Shown: in pieces, positions 46,526 through 57,706 of the stretch | Layout of the letters: each line of letters starts with the position of its first letter | Numbering within the stretch: position 1 is the first letter of the stretch | Assembly: GCA_964437335.1 (NCBI GenBank) | Contig: CAYTGL010000002.1 | Span: 66,734 to 130,733 of the forward strand | DNA length: 64,000 nt | From: an uncultured Chromatiales bacterium | GTDB lineage: Bacteria; Pseudomonadota; Gammaproteobacteria; SZUA-140 | Direction of reading: 5' to 3' | Notes under the pieces: model-generated | What the model saw: the letters and a program-made list of their open reading frames with translations, nothing else | Database searches by the model: none | What the model was told of the DNA's origin: nothing | Position numbers and translations under genes: made by a program

Positions 46526-47449
46526 ATGAAGACCAAGCCCGCTGCCGGAGACCGTATTGCCACACCCGAACCCGGGAACGGGGGTACGCTCCCGCTCGAG
46601 ACCGCCGAACTGTGGCTCAAGGACAGCGCCAGCCTGGTTTCGCCACCCGATATCTGCATCAAGATCTTCGAGCTGATGGAAACCAACCAGGCCTCGGCGC
46701 AGTCACTTGGCAGCGTCATCAGCCGCGACCCGAGCCTGACCGCGCGGTTGCTGCGCATCGTCAACAGCTCGTTTTATGGTTTCCCCCATCGCATCGATAC
46801 CGTTTCGCGCGCCGTTACCGTGATCGGCGTCAGCGAGCTGTACAACCTGGTGGTCACCGTCTCGGCAATCACTTCGTTTTCGAGGATTCCGAACTTCATC
46901 GTCAACATCGATACCTTCTGGCGCCACAGCGTTTCCTGCGGCATCCTTGCACGGGAGCTGGCGCGGCAATGCAGGGTGCTTCACCCGGAGCGCCTGTTCG
47001 TCGCCGGGATCCTGCACGATATCGGCAGCCTGGTGATGTATCATCGCGCGCCGGACCAGATCAAGAATCTGCTGCTTGCCGCGCAGGGCAACGAGACCAT
47101 CCTGCAGCATCTCGAACGCAAGGAGTTCGGTTTCAGTCATGCCGATCTCGGCGGCATGCTGCTCTCGCGCTGGCAGTTGCCGAAGCTGCTGCAGGAAGCG
47201 GTGCAATGGCACCACGATCCGGCCGCGGCGCCGGAGGCCCGGCTCGAGGCCGCGATCATCCATATTGCCGATGCCCTCGCCAACCGGTCCGAGCAGGGGG
47301 CATTTTATGCGATGCCCTCGCCGGACCTGTTCGTCGACAATGAGGCCTGGAATATCACCGGTCTCGATACGGATCCTGCCCGCCTGACGGACATCATCGA
47401 AGACACCCGCGAGCAGTATCGCGACGCCGTCAATCTGTTCGGCGCCTGA
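46526..47449 (+). CDS. HDOD domain protein (paralog 1)
   Basis: 307 aa, LLRIVNSSFYGFPHRIDTVSRAVTVIG...FVAGILHDIGSLVM. Confidence 0.9.
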   Translation: MKTKPAAGDRIATPEPGNGGTLPLETAELWLKDSASLVSPPDICIKIFELMETNQASAQSLGSVISRDPSLTARLLRIVNSSFYGFPHRIDTVSRAVTVIGVSELYNLVVTVSAITSFSRIPNFIVNIDTFWRHSVSCGILARELARQCRVLHPERLFVAGILHDIGSLVMYHRAPDQIKNLLLAAQGNETILQHLERKEFGFSHADLGGMLLSRWQLPKLLQEAVQWHHDPAAAPEARLEAAIIHIADALANRSEQGAFYAMPSPDLFVDNEAWNITGLDTDPARLTDIIEDTREQYRDAVNLFGA

Positions 47450-47578
47450 CCCCTGCCATCCATCCTCCGGCGCCGCCAGGCGCCGGGCGCCCGTGCACGC
47501 CTGCATTGGCCAAGTCCGCCGTAAATCCGTAACATACCAAGGAAGATCAACGGACAATCATGGACAGGACACTACGGC

Positions 47579-50557
47579 ATGACATCGGTCAAGAGCGAGC
47601 GATCCCCCCCCTCCGCAATAGCAGCCGCACAGACTGGCGGCGACTTCGAATGGGTGCGCAGTGAACAGATAGCCTCCCTCAATCTGACCGTCGAGGAATA
47701 CCGTCATCGCAGGACCGGGGCAAAGCATTTCCACCTCGCCAGCGACCACCCGGAAAATGTCTTTCTCGTCGCGTTCCGCACCGTGCCGATGGACTCGACC
47801 GGGGTCGCCCATATTCTCGAACATACCGCGCTGTGCGGCAGTGAACGCTACCCGGTGCGCGACCCGTTCTTCATGATGATCCGGCGCTCGCTGAATACCT
47901 TCATGAATGCGTTCACCAGCAGCGACTGGACCGCGTATCCATTCGCGAGCCAGAACGAGAAGGACTTCTACAACCTGATGGACGTCTATCTCGACGCGGC
48001 CTTCTTCGCCCGCCTCGACGAACTCGACTTCGCCCAGGAAGGCCATCGTATCGAGTTCGAGGATCCGGCGAACCCGGACAGCCGCCTGGTCTACAAGGGG
48101 GTCGTCTACAACGAGATGAAGGGCGCGATGAGTTCGCCGGTCAATACGCTGTGGCACGCACTGTGCGAGCATCTTTACCCGACCTCGACCTATCACTACA
48201 ACAGCGGCGGCGACCCGGAACGCATCCCCGACCTGCGTTACGAGGATCTGCAGAAATTCTACCGCTCCCACTATCACCCGTCGAACGCGATCTTCATGAC
48301 CTTCGGCAGACTGCCGGCGCATCGCCACCAGCAGCGTTTCGAGGAACGCGCGCTCGCGCGCTTCGATCGCCTCGACAGCCTGATCGCCGCGAACGACGAG
48401 CAGCGCCTGGCGGCGCCGGTAACGACCGAGCACAGTTACGCCCTCGATGACGACGGGGCCGGCGACAAGACCCATATCGTGCTCGGCTGGCTGCTCGGTC
48501 ATAGCACCGAACTCGAAGCGCTGCTGAAGGCGCACCTGCTGTCCGGCATACTGCTCGACAACAGCGCCTCGCCGCTGCTGCACGCGCTGGAGACCACCGA
48601 ACTCGGTACCGCGCCCTCGCCGCTGTGCGGGCTTGAGGATTCGAACCGCGAGATCGCGTTCGTCTGCGGGCTCGAGGGCAGCCGCCCGGAGCGCGCGGAG
48701 CAGGTCGAACGACTGGTCCTCGACCTCCTCGAGAAGATTGCGCAGCAGGGCGTCCCCCAGGAGATGGTCGACGCCGCGCTGCACCAGCTCGAACTGCACC
48801 GCCGCGAAATCGGCGGCGACAGCTATCCGTACGGATTGCAACTGATCCTCAGCGCGCTGCCGGCGGCCATACATCGCGGCGATCCGGTCGCGGCGCTGAA
48901 TCTCGAACCGGTGCTCGCGCGACTGCGCGAGGAGGTCAAGGACCCGGAGTTCGTGCCACGGCTGATACGCAGCCTGCTGCTCGACAATCCGCATCGCGTA
49001 CGCATGACGATGAAGCCGGATCCGGAGCTGAGCCGGCGCCGCAACGCGGCCGAGGCCGACCATCTCGCCGCGCTCAAGGCCGCGCTGAACGAGACGCAAA
49101 AACGGGAACTGGCCGACCGTGCCGAGCGCCTGCAGCAACGCCAGCACCAGCAGGACGACCCCGAAATCCTGCCGAAGGTCGGCCTCGACGACATCCCCGC
49201 CGAGATTCCGATCCCGACCGGCGTGCGCAAAAGCCTGCTCGGGCGGCCGCTGACGTTCTACCCCCAGGGCACCAACGGCCTCGTCTATCAACAGATCATC
49301 GCCGAGTTGCCCGCGCTCGACGACCGGCTGCTCGACCACTTGTCGTACTACACGCGCCTGCTGCCGGAAGTCGGCTGCGGCGGGCGCGACTACCTGAAGA
49401 CCCAGACCTGGCAGGACCAGGTCAGCGGCGGCGTCAGCGCCTACACGAGCATGCGCGGGCGCATCGACGACGTGCAGGATCTTCGCGCGCATTTCGTGTT
49501 GTCCGGCAAGGCCCTGTCGACCGAGCATGCGGAATTCTCCCGACTGATGGAGCAGACGCTGAACAGTGTGCGGTTCGACGAGTTGAGCCGCCTGCGGGAG
49601 ATCATCTCCCAGGAACGCGCGCGAATGGAGCAGAGCATCACCGGTCACGGCCACGCGCTCGCAATGTCCGCCGCGTCGAGCGGGCTGAGTCCGGCCGCTG
49701 CGATCAGCCATCGCTTGCGCGGACTGCTGGGGATACGCACGCTGAAGGCCTTCGACGATGGCCTCAAGGATCCGGCGGGGCTCGAGGCCTTCGCCGAGCG
49801 CCTGCGCGAGATCCATGGGCGGGTCCTCGCCGCGCCGCGGCAGTTCCTGCTGGTCGCCGAAGGTGATCGCGTCGACGCGCTGCTCGCCGACCTGGAACAG
49901 GTCTGGCGCGCCAGCACCGCAATGCCCGGTCTCGCGGCATCCGACCCTTACCGGCCCTTCCGCCGTGACCCGATACGGGAGCAGGTCCGTCAACTGTGGG
50001 TCACGAGCACACAGGTCAATTTCTGCGCGAAGGTCTACCCGACCGTGCCGGTCGAGCACCCCGACGCCCCGGCGCTCGACGTGCTTGGCGTCTTTCTGCG
50101 CAATGGCTTCCTGCACCGGGCCATCCGCGAAAAGGGCGGCGCCTATGGCGGCGGCGCCGGGCACGACAGTGATTTGGCCGGTTTCCGCTTCTATTCCTAC
50201 CGCGACCCGCGCCTCGAGGAAACGCTCGACGACTTCGATGCCGCGATCGACTGGCTGCTGAGTCATCCGCATGAGACGCGCCAGCTCGAAGAGGCGATAC
50301 TCGGCGTCATCGGTGGCATCGACAAACCCGGATCTCCGGCCGGCGAGGCGAAGGGCGCCTTCCATCATGGCCTGTACGGGCGCACACCGGAGCAGCGCCG
50401 ACGACATCGCCTGCGCATTCTCGATGTCACGATCGACGACCTGAGACGCGTCGGCGAAACCTGGCTGAAACCGGAACAGGCGAGCATTGCCGTGATCACC
50501 AGCCCCGATCGTCTTGAAAAGACCGGCGACATGGGCCTGGCGGTATTCCGCCTGTAA
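47579..50557 (+). CDS. M16C family metallopeptidase (presequence protease PreP-like)
   Basis: 992 aa with the inverted zinc motif HILEHTALCGS near the N-terminus and four M16 domains. Confidence 0.9.
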   Translation: MTSVKSERSPPSAIAAAQTGGDFEWVRSEQIASLNLTVEEYRHRRTGAKHFHLASDHPENVFLVAFRTVPMDSTGVAHILEHTALCGSERYPVRDPFFMMIRRSLNTFMNAFTSSDWTAYPFASQNEKDFYNLMDVYLDAAFFARLDELDFAQEGHRIEFEDPANPDSRLVYKGVVYNEMKGAMSSPVNTLWHALCEHLYPTSTYHYNSGGDPERIPDLRYEDLQKFYRSHYHPSNAIFMTFGRLPAHRHQQRFEERALARFDRLDSLIAANDEQRLAAPVTTEHSYALDDDGAGDKTHIVLGWLLGHSTELEALLKAHLLSGILLDNSASPLLHALETTELGTAPSPLCGLEDSNREIAFVCGLEGSRPERAEQVERLVLDLLEKIAQQGVPQEMVDAALHQLELHRREIGGDSYPYGLQLILSALPAAIHRGDPVAALNLEPVLARLREEVKDPEFVPRLIRSLLLDNPHRVRMTMKPDPELSRRRNAAEADHLAALKAALNETQKRELADRAERLQQRQHQQDDPEILPKVGLDDIPAEIPIPTGVRKSLLGRPLTFYPQGTNGLVYQQIIAELPALDDRLLDHLSYYTRLLPEVGCGGRDYLKTQTWQDQVSGGVSAYTSMRGRIDDVQDLRAHFVLSGKALSTEHAEFSRLMEQTLNSVRFDELSRLREIISQERARMEQSITGHGHALAMSAASSGLSPAAAISHRLRGLLGIRTLKAFDDGLKDPAGLEAFAERLREIHGRVLAAPRQFLLVAEGDRVDALLADLEQVWRASTAMPGLAASDPYRPFRRDPIREQVRQLWVTSTQVNFCAKVYPTVPVEHPDAPALDVLGVFLRNGFLHRAIREKGGAYGGGAGHDSDLAGFRFYSYRDPRLEETLDDFDAAIDWLLSHPHETRQLEEAILGVIGGIDKPGSPAGEAKGAFHHGLYGRTPEQRRRHRLRILDVTIDDLRRVGETWLKPEQASIAVITSPDRLEKTGDMGLAVFRL

Positions 50558-50580
50558 ACCGCCCTTACCGGGGATTCACC

Positions 50581-51381
50581 ATGCCGCTCCGGCTCAAAAC
50601 CCTGTGCCTGCCGCTACTCGTCGCATTCAGCGTTCCGGCGGCCCTCGCCGGCATCACCATCGAGAGCACCAGTGCCGATGGCTCGACCGGGCGCGTGCTG
50701 ATCTCCGGCGACCTGGCCCGGGTCGAGACCGGTCGACAGAACTTCTGGCTGCTGCTCGACCTCGGCGCCGGCACGATTCTCGCCGTCAACGACGTGGACC
50801 GGATCGCGATGGACATGCGATCGCCGATCCCGCGACGCATCGAGCATGACAGCATGGCGACCGAGGCCCCGCCGCTCATGATCCGTCTCGAGCAACATCA
50901 GGATGGCCCCGAGATCGCCGGCTTCAAGACCGTGCATTACCGGGTCATGGTCAACGACGTGCATTGCTATGATGAGTTCCTTGCCCCCGGCGCCCTCAAG
51001 GACAGCGGCATACGCGGTTTTGTTGCCGCGATGTCGGAAGGCTCGGACAATGAGCCGCAACGCGTGCTGATCCAGTTGACCGCGCCGGACAGGATCTGCG
51101 AGGCCGCAGACGACCTGATCGACGACCACTACCCGGTCGCGGGCATCCCGATGCGTACCCTCGACGCCAAAGGGGACCTGGTCCAGGAGATCACCCGGAT
51201 TGCGTTCGAACAGACGCACGCGCCGGCGCTGTTCCGGCTTCCGGACGGCTATCCGGTATTGACCCGCACCGAAGTCATGGAGCGCATGATCCACGATGAA
51301 ATCGATCTCGATGACCTGCAGAAAAGGCTCGATGAGATAGAACGCAGGATGCAGGCGGCGGAATTCGGCCGTGACAGCTAG
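50581..51381 (+). CDS. Secreted hypothetical protein
   Basis: 266 aa, signal peptide MPLRLKTLCLPLLVAFSVPAALA, no recognised catalytic motif. Confidence 0.5.
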   Translation: MPLRLKTLCLPLLVAFSVPAALAGITIESTSADGSTGRVLISGDLARVETGRQNFWLLLDLGAGTILAVNDVDRIAMDMRSPIPRRIEHDSMATEAPPLMIRLEQHQDGPEIAGFKTVHYRVMVNDVHCYDEFLAPGALKDSGIRGFVAAMSEGSDNEPQRVLIQLTAPDRICEAADDLIDDHYPVAGIPMRTLDAKGDLVQEITRIAFEQTHAPALFRLPDGYPVLTRTEVMERMIHDEIDLDDLQKRLDEIERRMQAAEFGRDS

Positions 51382-51406
51382 CGCGGACCGGCCGATCCGA
51401 ACCCCG

Positions 51407-52567
51407 ATGGATGCCCCGCTCGCGCTGCAGTATATCGACACGTCCGCCGCGCTCGATGCCCTCTGCGCCGAGCTCGCCGGCCACCCGTGGCTGGCGCTCG
51501 ACACCGAGTTCATTCGCGAGGATACGTATTTTCCGAAACTCTGCATGATCCAGGTCGCGATTCCCGGCATCACGGCCTGCGTCGACACGCTCGTGCTGCC
51601 GCAGCTCGACCCGCTGCTCGAACGCATTCATGACCCGGCGATCACCAAGATCTTTCACGCCAGCCACCAGGACATGGAGATCTTCTATCATCTCAGCGCT
51701 GGCCGCCTGCCGGGCCCGGTATTCGATACACAGCTCGCCGCGCCGCTGCTCGGCGCGCCGGGACAGGCGAGCTATGCCAGCCTGGTCAGCGACATGCTCG
51801 GTGTGACACTGGACAAGGCGCACGCCCGAACCGACTGGAGCCGGCGGCCGCTGTCAAAGGAACAGATCCAATACGCCGCCGACGACGTGCGCTATCTCGG
51901 ACCGCTGTTTCTGGAACTGCGCGACCGCCTCGTCGCGCGCGGACGACTCGAATGGCTGCAGGAGGATTGCCTGGCGGTTTGCGACCCGCGGCGCTATGAC
52001 AACCCGCCGGAAACCGCCTGGAAACGCATTCGCGGCGTCCACGACATGACGGGCGCCCAGCACCGGCTGCTGCGGGCGCTCGCCGCCTGGCGCGAGATCA
52101 CTGCGCGCGCCGAAGACCGGCCGCGCGGCTGGCTGCTCAGGGACGATGCGCTGGTCGATATCGCCCGGGTCGCACCGCAGAGCCGTGAACAGCTCGCGGA
52201 TCTGCGTTCGGTGCCCCGCAAGGCGGTCGAGCGCTATGGCGCGGCGCTGCTCGAGATCACCTGCTCCGTGCCGGCCGGCGACAGCAAGGCAGGCGACTCG
52301 GCCTTTGCCGGCGGGGAGCGGCTGACGGACCAGGAAAAATCCCTGCTCAAACGCATGACCGAACTGGTGCGGCGCAAGGCGGCGGAACATTCGATCGATC
52401 CGGCGGCGATCGCCACCCGCCGTGATCTGCTCGAACTGCTGCATGGCAGGCGGGCAGCGCCATTGCTCAAAGGCTGGCGCCAGGACATCATTGGCGCCGA
52501 TCTGCTGAAGCTGCTGCCCGCCGGGACTCGGGACCGGGATCAGAACCGCGCGTCAGCGTCAGCCTGA
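51407..52567 (+). CDS. rnd: Ribonuclease D
   Basis: 3'-5' exonuclease domain (LALDTEF...YAADDVRYL) plus HRDC. Start taken at [11 protein letters not shown] by alignment to E. coli Rnd. Confidence 0.9.
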   Translation: MDAPLALQYIDTSAALDALCAELAGHPWLALDTEFIREDTYFPKLCMIQVAIPGITACVDTLVLPQLDPLLERIHDPAITKIFHASHQDMEIFYHLSAGRLPGPVFDTQLAAPLLGAPGQASYASLVSDMLGVTLDKAHARTDWSRRPLSKEQIQYAADDVRYLGPLFLELRDRLVARGRLEWLQEDCLAVCDPRRYDNPPETAWKRIRGVHDMTGAQHRLLRALAAWREITARAEDRPRGWLLRDDALVDIARVAPQSREQLADLRSVPRKAVERYGAALLEITCSVPAGDSKAGDSAFAGGERLTDQEKSLLKRMTELVRRKAAEHSIDPAAIATRRDLLELLHGRRAAPLLKGWRQDIIGADLLKLLPAGTRDRDQNRASASA

Positions 52568-53761
52568 GACCGGCCGGACCTTCGACGCGACGAGACGCGC
52601 ACGGCGGCGGGCATCCTCGATGTCGTCGCCATAGGCGAGCGCAACACCCATGCGGCGGTAGCGGAAGGATTCCGGCTTGCCGAACAGGCGCAGATCGGTC
52701 TGCGGCACCGCCAGCGCATCGGCGACGCCTTCGAAGGCGACGCCTCGCGCCTCGAGGCCGCCATAGATCACCGCGCTTGCGCCGGGACTCAGCAAGCCGG
52801 TGTCGACCGGCAGGCCGAGCACGGCGCGGGCGTGCAACTCGAACTCGCTCTGGCGTTGCGTCACCATCGTCACCATGCCGGTGTCATGCGGGCGCGGGCT
52901 GACCTCGCTGAACCAGACCTCCTCGCCTTTCACGAACAGCTCGACGCCGAAGATGCCACGGCCGCCGAGATTCGCGGTCACCCCAGCGGCGATCTCGCGG
53001 GCGCGATTGAGCGCGCGTGGCGGCATCGGCTGCGGTTGCCAGCTCTCGACATAATCGCCGCGCTGTTGCAGATGGCCGACCGGCTCGCAGAAGAAGGTCT
53101 CGATCCGGCCCTCGCGACCGGGGGCGCGAACCGTCAGCAAGGTGATCTCGTAATCGAAATCGACCCGCCCCTCGACGATGACCCTGCCCTGATTGACACG
53201 GCTGCCCTGCGCCGCGTACTCCCATGCCGGCGCCACCTCATCCGGGCCGGCGACTGATGACTGGCCCTTGCCGGACGAGGACATCACCGGCTTGACGAAA
53301 CAGGGGTAGCCGATGCCACCGTCTATTGCCGCGCGCAATTCGACAAGGCTGCTCGCGAATGCATACGGCGAGGTACGCAGCCCGAGCGCCTCGGCGGCGA
53401 GGCGGCGGATACCTTCCCGATTCATTGTCAGGCGGGCGGCGCGCGCGGTCGGGATTACCTCGGCGAGGCTGTCGGCTTCGATGTCGAGCAGCGCATCGGT
53501 CGCGATCGCCTCGATCTCGGGAACGATGATGCGCGGGCGCTCCCGTTCAACGAGGGCGCGCAGCGCACCGGCATCGCTCATGTCGATGACATGAGCGCGA
53601 TGCGCGACCTGGTGGCCCGGCGCATCCGCATAGCGGTCGACGGCGATGACCTCGACACCGAGGCGCTGCAGCGCGATGATGACCTCCTTGCCGAGTTCCC
53701 CGCTGCCGAGCAGCATGATCCTGAGCGCGGAGGGGGATAATGGCGTGCCGATCCGGTCCAT
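52559..53761 (-). CDS. purT: Formate-dependent phosphoribosylglycinamide formyltransferase
   Basis: ATP-grasp; [14 protein letters not shown]...[11 protein letters not shown] matches E. coli PurT. Start at MDRIGTPL. Confidence 0.93.
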   Translation of the reverse strand: MDRIGTPLSPSALRIMLLGSGELGKEVIIALQRLGVEVIAVDRYADAPGHQVAHRAHVIDMSDAGALRALVERERPRIIVPEIEAIATDALLDIEADSLAEVIPTARAARLTMNREGIRRLAAEALGLRTSPYAFASSLVELRAAIDGGIGYPCFVKPVMSSSGKGQSSVAGPDEVAPAWEYAAQGSRVNQGRVIVEGRVDFDYEITLLTVRAPGREGRIETFFCEPVGHLQQRGDYVESWQPQPMPPRALNRAREIAAGVTANLGGRGIFGVELFVKGEEVWFSEVSPRPHDTGMVTMVTQRQSEFELHARAVLGLPVDTGLLSPGASAVIYGGLEARGVAFEGVADALAVPQTDLRLFGKPESFRYRRMGVALAYGDDIEDARRRARLVASKVRPVSG

Positions 53762-53872
53762 ATTCCGTTTTCCAATGCCCCACAATGTGACGCAGTACCG
53801 CAGGCCCGCTTCAGTATCGGGGCTCGACGCCGCTAACAAGAGGTAGCTGACAGCACCGGCCGGACGAACCCG

Positions 53873-54232
53873 ATGTACCTGAGACTCGACCAGATCCCCA
53901 CGCTGCATACCCGGCCCGCGCAACTCGAGGCCCGGAATTACAATGCCATCCGCCTCGCCGTGATACGCGCGAACGGGACGCTGCGGATTCCGTTACCGGG
54001 TCTGCGCGGGATGGACATGATCCTCGACCGCCGGGCCTGGATCTGCGTCGACCGCACGTTCTACGATCTTCCGGTGCTGGCCTGGGCCGATTTCGGCTCC
54101 GCCGCGCGTGAAACCCTGCACCTGCCGGTCAGATGCCACGTCCATTATTACCACATCCATGCGGATTTTATTACCGGGGCCGTACTGAACGCGACGCTGA
54201 AGGCGGTCAACGCACGGAAAGCGCGCTCCTGA
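53873..54232 (+). CDS. Hypothetical protein (119 aa)
   Basis: High GC3 ORF divergent from purT and convergent with the HDOD gene. No recognised domain. Confidence 0.4.
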   Translation: MYLRLDQIPTLHTRPAQLEARNYNAIRLAVIRANGTLRIPLPGLRGMDMILDRRAWICVDRTFYDLPVLAWADFGSAARETLHLPVRCHVHYYHIHADFITGAVLNATLKAVNARKARS

Positions 54233-55148
54233 TCTGCTCGAGTACGTGTTCCAGCGCGGCATCGCGCCGCACCCTCAAACCGAGCGCCGAAGCCGCCGCC
54301 GCCACCTGCTCCGGCGCCTGAACCAGCATCTCGCCCAGCCGTCCCGCACCGAGACCGAAGGCCTCTTCCAGCAGCACGCGACAGTGCTCGAGTACCGTGG
54401 AACCGTCCTCGACGCGAAATACCGCGGTCATCCAGTCCGCTGCATACAGTGTTCGCGCCAGCGGCGAAACCAATGCGTGCTCAGGCGTTTCCGCCTGCCC
54501 GGCTTCTGGCCCCTCACGGCGATAATGATGCGTGCCGAGCGCCAGCCCGAGATCATCGGGCAGATCCCAGGCGTCCGCCAGCAGTGCGGCGACCGCGTCA
54601 TGCGTCATCCCGAAGCGATCGAATTCCATCGCGAGCCGGGCGTCGGGGTCGAGGCGACGCAGAACCGGCCAGCTTGCCGCCGCACCATGATCGAGATGCA
54701 GCATGACCAGCAGACCGAAGTCCTGCAGTATCCCCGCAGTAAAGCAGTCGTCGCGATCGAGGCCGGCGCGCCGCCCCAGCAGGCGCGCGCAGACCGCGCG
54801 CAACAGCGCGTCTTCCCAGAATTCCCCGCTGTCGAAACCGGGCGGCGCCTCGCGATGCATCGCGTCGCGCACCGTGAGGCACAATGCGAGATTGCGCACC
54901 GTCTTGTGACCGAGCACCGTGATCGCCCGGGCGATCGACGCGATCTCGTGCCCGGGACCGAAGTACGGAGAATTCGCGATGCGCAACAACTCGGCGGTCA
55001 GGACAGAATCGCTGGCCGCCAGACGGGAAAGCTCGGCACTGCCGAGATCGTCGCGCGTGCAGGCGTGCATGATCTCGAGCGCGATCCGGGGCGGAGACGG
55101 CAGATCGCTCGGCTTCAGCTTATCGAGTGACAGGCGGGCAGGAGGCAT
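54207..55148 (-). CDS. HDOD domain protein (paralog 2), last gene of the signalling operon
   Basis: 313 aa, LLRIANSPYFGPGHEIASIARAITVLG...FTAGILQDFGLLVM. Confidence 0.85.
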   Translation of the reverse strand: MPPARLSLDKLKPSDLPSPPRIALEIMHACTRDDLGSAELSRLAASDSVLTAELLRIANSPYFGPGHEIASIARAITVLGHKTVRNLALCLTVRDAMHREAPPGFDSGEFWEDALLRAVCARLLGRRAGLDRDDCFTAGILQDFGLLVMLHLDHGAAASWPVLRRLDPDARLAMEFDRFGMTHDAVAALLADAWDLPDDLGLALGTHHYRREGPEAGQAETPEHALVSPLARTLYAADWMTAVFRVEDGSTVLEHCRVLLEEAFGLGAGRLGEMLVQAPEQVAAAASALGLRVRRDAALEHVLEQIRSALSVR

Positions 55149-55169
55149 AAGCGGTGGCGGTCAGCGGAC

Positions 55170-55601
55170 TCAGCCCGCCTTCTGGATACCGTCCTCTTTC
55201 GTCGCGCTTTCCGGCTTCGAGGCCTTGAGTGCACCGGAGGCGTGAAATTTTTCGATGACATCATGGACCTTGCCGATCGCATACGGCTTCGCGATGAACG
55301 CGCCGGCGCCAAGCTCGATCGCTCTTTTGACATTGTCCATCGTGGTATGCGCGCTGACCATGACGATGAAGATATCGGCGTGCGTCTGCTTGAGCCTTGG
55401 CATCAGATCGAAGCCATTGCACGCGGGCATCTCGATGTCCAGAAACACGATGCCGGGCTTGATGCCCTCCAGTGTCGATTTGGCGACGTCTTCATCGGTC
55501 AGTGAGCGAATATCGGTATAGCCGAGGTTTCTGAGGATGCTCGTCAGCAGGCTGCGTGCCGACATGTCATCGTCGATCACCGTGATCGCGGTCTGTTTCA
55601 T
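55170..55601 (-). CDS. Single-domain response regulator (CheY-like REC)
   Basis: 143 aa with the DD pair (VIDDD), phospho-acceptor D in FLDIEMP, and conserved S/T...K. ATGA overlap with the upstream kinase. Confidence 0.9.
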   Translation of the reverse strand: MKQTAITVIDDDMSARSLLTSILRNLGYTDIRSLTDEDVAKSTLEGIKPGIVFLDIEMPACNGFDLMPRLKQTHADIFIVMVSAHTTMDNVKRAIELGAGAFIAKPYAIGKVHDVIEKFHASGALKASKPESATKEDGIQKAG

Positions 55602-57706
55602 TTTTGTGCTCCTCCCCGGTCGTCTCCGGATCCAAATGCCAGAATGTCCCTGATCGACTGCGCCACATTGGTACGAAGTTCCGCCGCTGCGTCGTAGCGC
55701 CCCGCCATGATCGCCGCTTCGAGCCGCCCGGCCAGCTCGCCGAGCGGCTGCCAGCCAAATCCGCCGGCCGCGCCCTTGAGACGGTGCGCCATCGCGCGAA
55801 TCTGCTCGTGGTCAATGCCGGCGGCGTTCGCGTCCCAGTCGGGCAGCGCCTGCCGCAACGATTGCAGAAATCCTGCGCGGGCCTGCAGATAGTCGGGATC
55901 AGCGTCGAGCGATATCACGTGCGCCGCCGGGCGAACGGGGCCATCGTCGCTGAAATAGTGGCCGAGCGTGGCGAGAAACCGCATGCGATCAAGCGGCTTG
56001 GTCAGAAAATCATTGCAGCCGGCCGCGACACAGCGCTCCCGCTCGCCTTCGAGGGCGCTCGCCGACAGCGCGATGACCGGCCGCGCAAAACCCGTCATGC
56101 GCAGCCATTCGACGGCCTCGAGACCGCCCATCTCCGGCATCTGCAAGTCGGTCATCATCAGGTCGAAGTCACCGGCCAGCGCCTGCTCGACCGCCTCCCG
56201 GCCATTGTCGACCTCGACGATCTCAATCCCGGTATCACGCAGATAGAGCGCTATCAGACGGCGAATGTTCGGGTCGTCCTCGGCAAGCAGCATGCGGCCG
56301 CGCATGCCGGACTTCAGCGACGCGCCTTCCGGCGCGGCAGCGACAGGCTCGCCGCGCGCAGGCACCACATCCACCAGGTCACCGGCGTCGATCGTTCCGC
56401 AGTCGATGATCACCGTGAAGCGACTGCCCGCACCCGGGATGCTCTCGACCATGATCGACCCGCCGAGGCGTTCGGCGAGCTGCTTCGAGATATGCAGGCC
56501 GAGTCCGGTGCCGCCGTATTTTCGCGTCGTCGAGGCATCGGCCTGGGTAAAGGGCTTGAACAGGCGGCGCTGCTGTTCCTGCGACAGGCCGACGCCGGTG
56601 TCGATGACGCTGAATGCGAGGGTTTTTTCGCGCGGGTCACAGGAAACCTCGACCCTGACGCTGCCGGTCTCGGTGAACTTGACCGCGTTGCTGCACAGGT
56701 TCAGCAGGATCTGCGCGAGCCGGGTCGGATCGGTCCCGATCTCGCGCGGCAGCGGGAAGCGGTAATCGACACTGAACGCGAGCCCCTTCTGCCGCGCGTG
56801 CATATCGATCAATGAAGTCACCCGCGCAACAATGTCGAACAGCGAGGCGCGCACGATCTCGAGCTGCAAGCGGTTCGAGTTGAGCTTGGACAGGTCAAGA
56901 ATGTCGTTGATGATCTCGAGCAGGTGCCGGCCGGTGCTGAATATCGTCGCGACCGCCTCGCGGCGTTCCGCGTCCGGCAGCGACTCGTCATGCAGCATCT
57001 CGGCAAAACCGATGATCGACGTCAGCGGCGTCCGGATCTCGTGGCTCATGTTCGCGAGAAACCGGCTCTTGGCCTCATTCGCCGCCTCGGCATCGGCGCG
57101 CGCCTGATCGAGCGCACGGGTGCGCTCGTCGACGATGCGTTCGAGATCGCGGTTCTGCTGGTGGATATAGCGATAGAGTTCGTGGTTTTCGATTGCGTTC
57201 GCGGCATTCGAGAGGATCATCGACAGCACCTGCTGCAGCGCATCGCGCAGCTCGGCTACGCCTTTGTCCAGAAATCCGATGTACATCCCGCGGATCCGCG
57301 AGCGAGTCGCGATGACCTGCATGACGAGCGTATTCCGGTCATCCGCGGTGCGCACCAGCAACGGGCGGGACTGGGTCAGCGCCCAGGAAAAAGCGCCACG
57401 CTCGATCTGATGATCGATCTCGCGTTCGATCGCGCCGCGTTTATCCTCGGGAAAACAGTCGTAGAGCTTGAAGTCATGGTCCTGTTCGTCGATGCGCAGA
57501 AAGGCGTACATCCGGTAGCCGAACAATTCTCTCAATCGCGGGCCGATTTCGCGCAGCACCGCGAACGGGTCACTGTTGTCGCGCAGCGAGGCGCCGGTAT
57601 CGACCAGGCCGGCGCCGATCTCGAGTGCTTCGATGAACCAGCCGCGCAGGGTTTCGAGCTCGCGAACATGCGTCTCGATATCGGTCGTGCGCGCCGGATG
57701 AGCCAT
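55598..57706 (-). CDS. Cytoplasmic hybrid sensor histidine kinase (GAF-like N-domain, HisKA, HATPase_c, REC, HPt)
   Basis: H-box [10 protein letters not shown]-box GGTGLGL, receiver [13 protein letters not shown]...[14 protein letters not shown], and a C-terminal HPt [11 protein letters not shown]. No TM segments. ATGA overlap with the upstream HDOD gene. Confidence 0.9.
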   Translation of the reverse strand: MAHPARTTDIETHVRELETLRGWFIEALEIGAGLVDTGASLRDNSDPFAVLREIGPRLRELFGYRMYAFLRIDEQDHDFKLYDCFPEDKRGAIEREIDHQIERGAFSWALTQSRPLLVRTADDRNTLVMQVIATRSRIRGMYIGFLDKGVAELRDALQQVLSMILSNAANAIENHELYRYIHQQNRDLERIVDERTRALDQARADAEAANEAKSRFLANMSHEIRTPLTSIIGFAEMLHDESLPDAERREAVATIFSTGRHLLEIINDILDLSKLNSNRLQLEIVRASLFDIVARVTSLIDMHARQKGLAFSVDYRFPLPREIGTDPTRLAQILLNLCSNAVKFTETGSVRVEVSCDPREKTLAFSVIDTGVGLSQEQQRRLFKPFTQADASTTRKYGGTGLGLHISKQLAERLGGSIMVESIPGAGSRFTVIIDCGTIDAGDLVDVVPARGEPVAAAPEGASLKSGMRGRMLLAEDDPNIRRLIALYLRDTGIEIVEVDNGREAVEQALAGDFDLMMTDLQMPEMGGLEAVEWLRMTGFARPVIALSASALEGERERCVAAGCNDFLTKPLDRMRFLATLGHYFSDDGPVRPAAHVISLDADPDYLQARAGFLQSLRQALPDWDANAAGIDHEQIRAMAHRLKGAAGGFGWQPLGELAGRLEAAIMAGRYDAAAELRTNVAQSIRDILAFGSGDDRGGAQK

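Noticed and set aside
47558-50407. 949-aa minus-strand ORF antisense to the PreP-like M16 peptidase
   Set aside because: High-GC antisense artefact. The plus-strand product has the M16 zinc motif and correct domain order.
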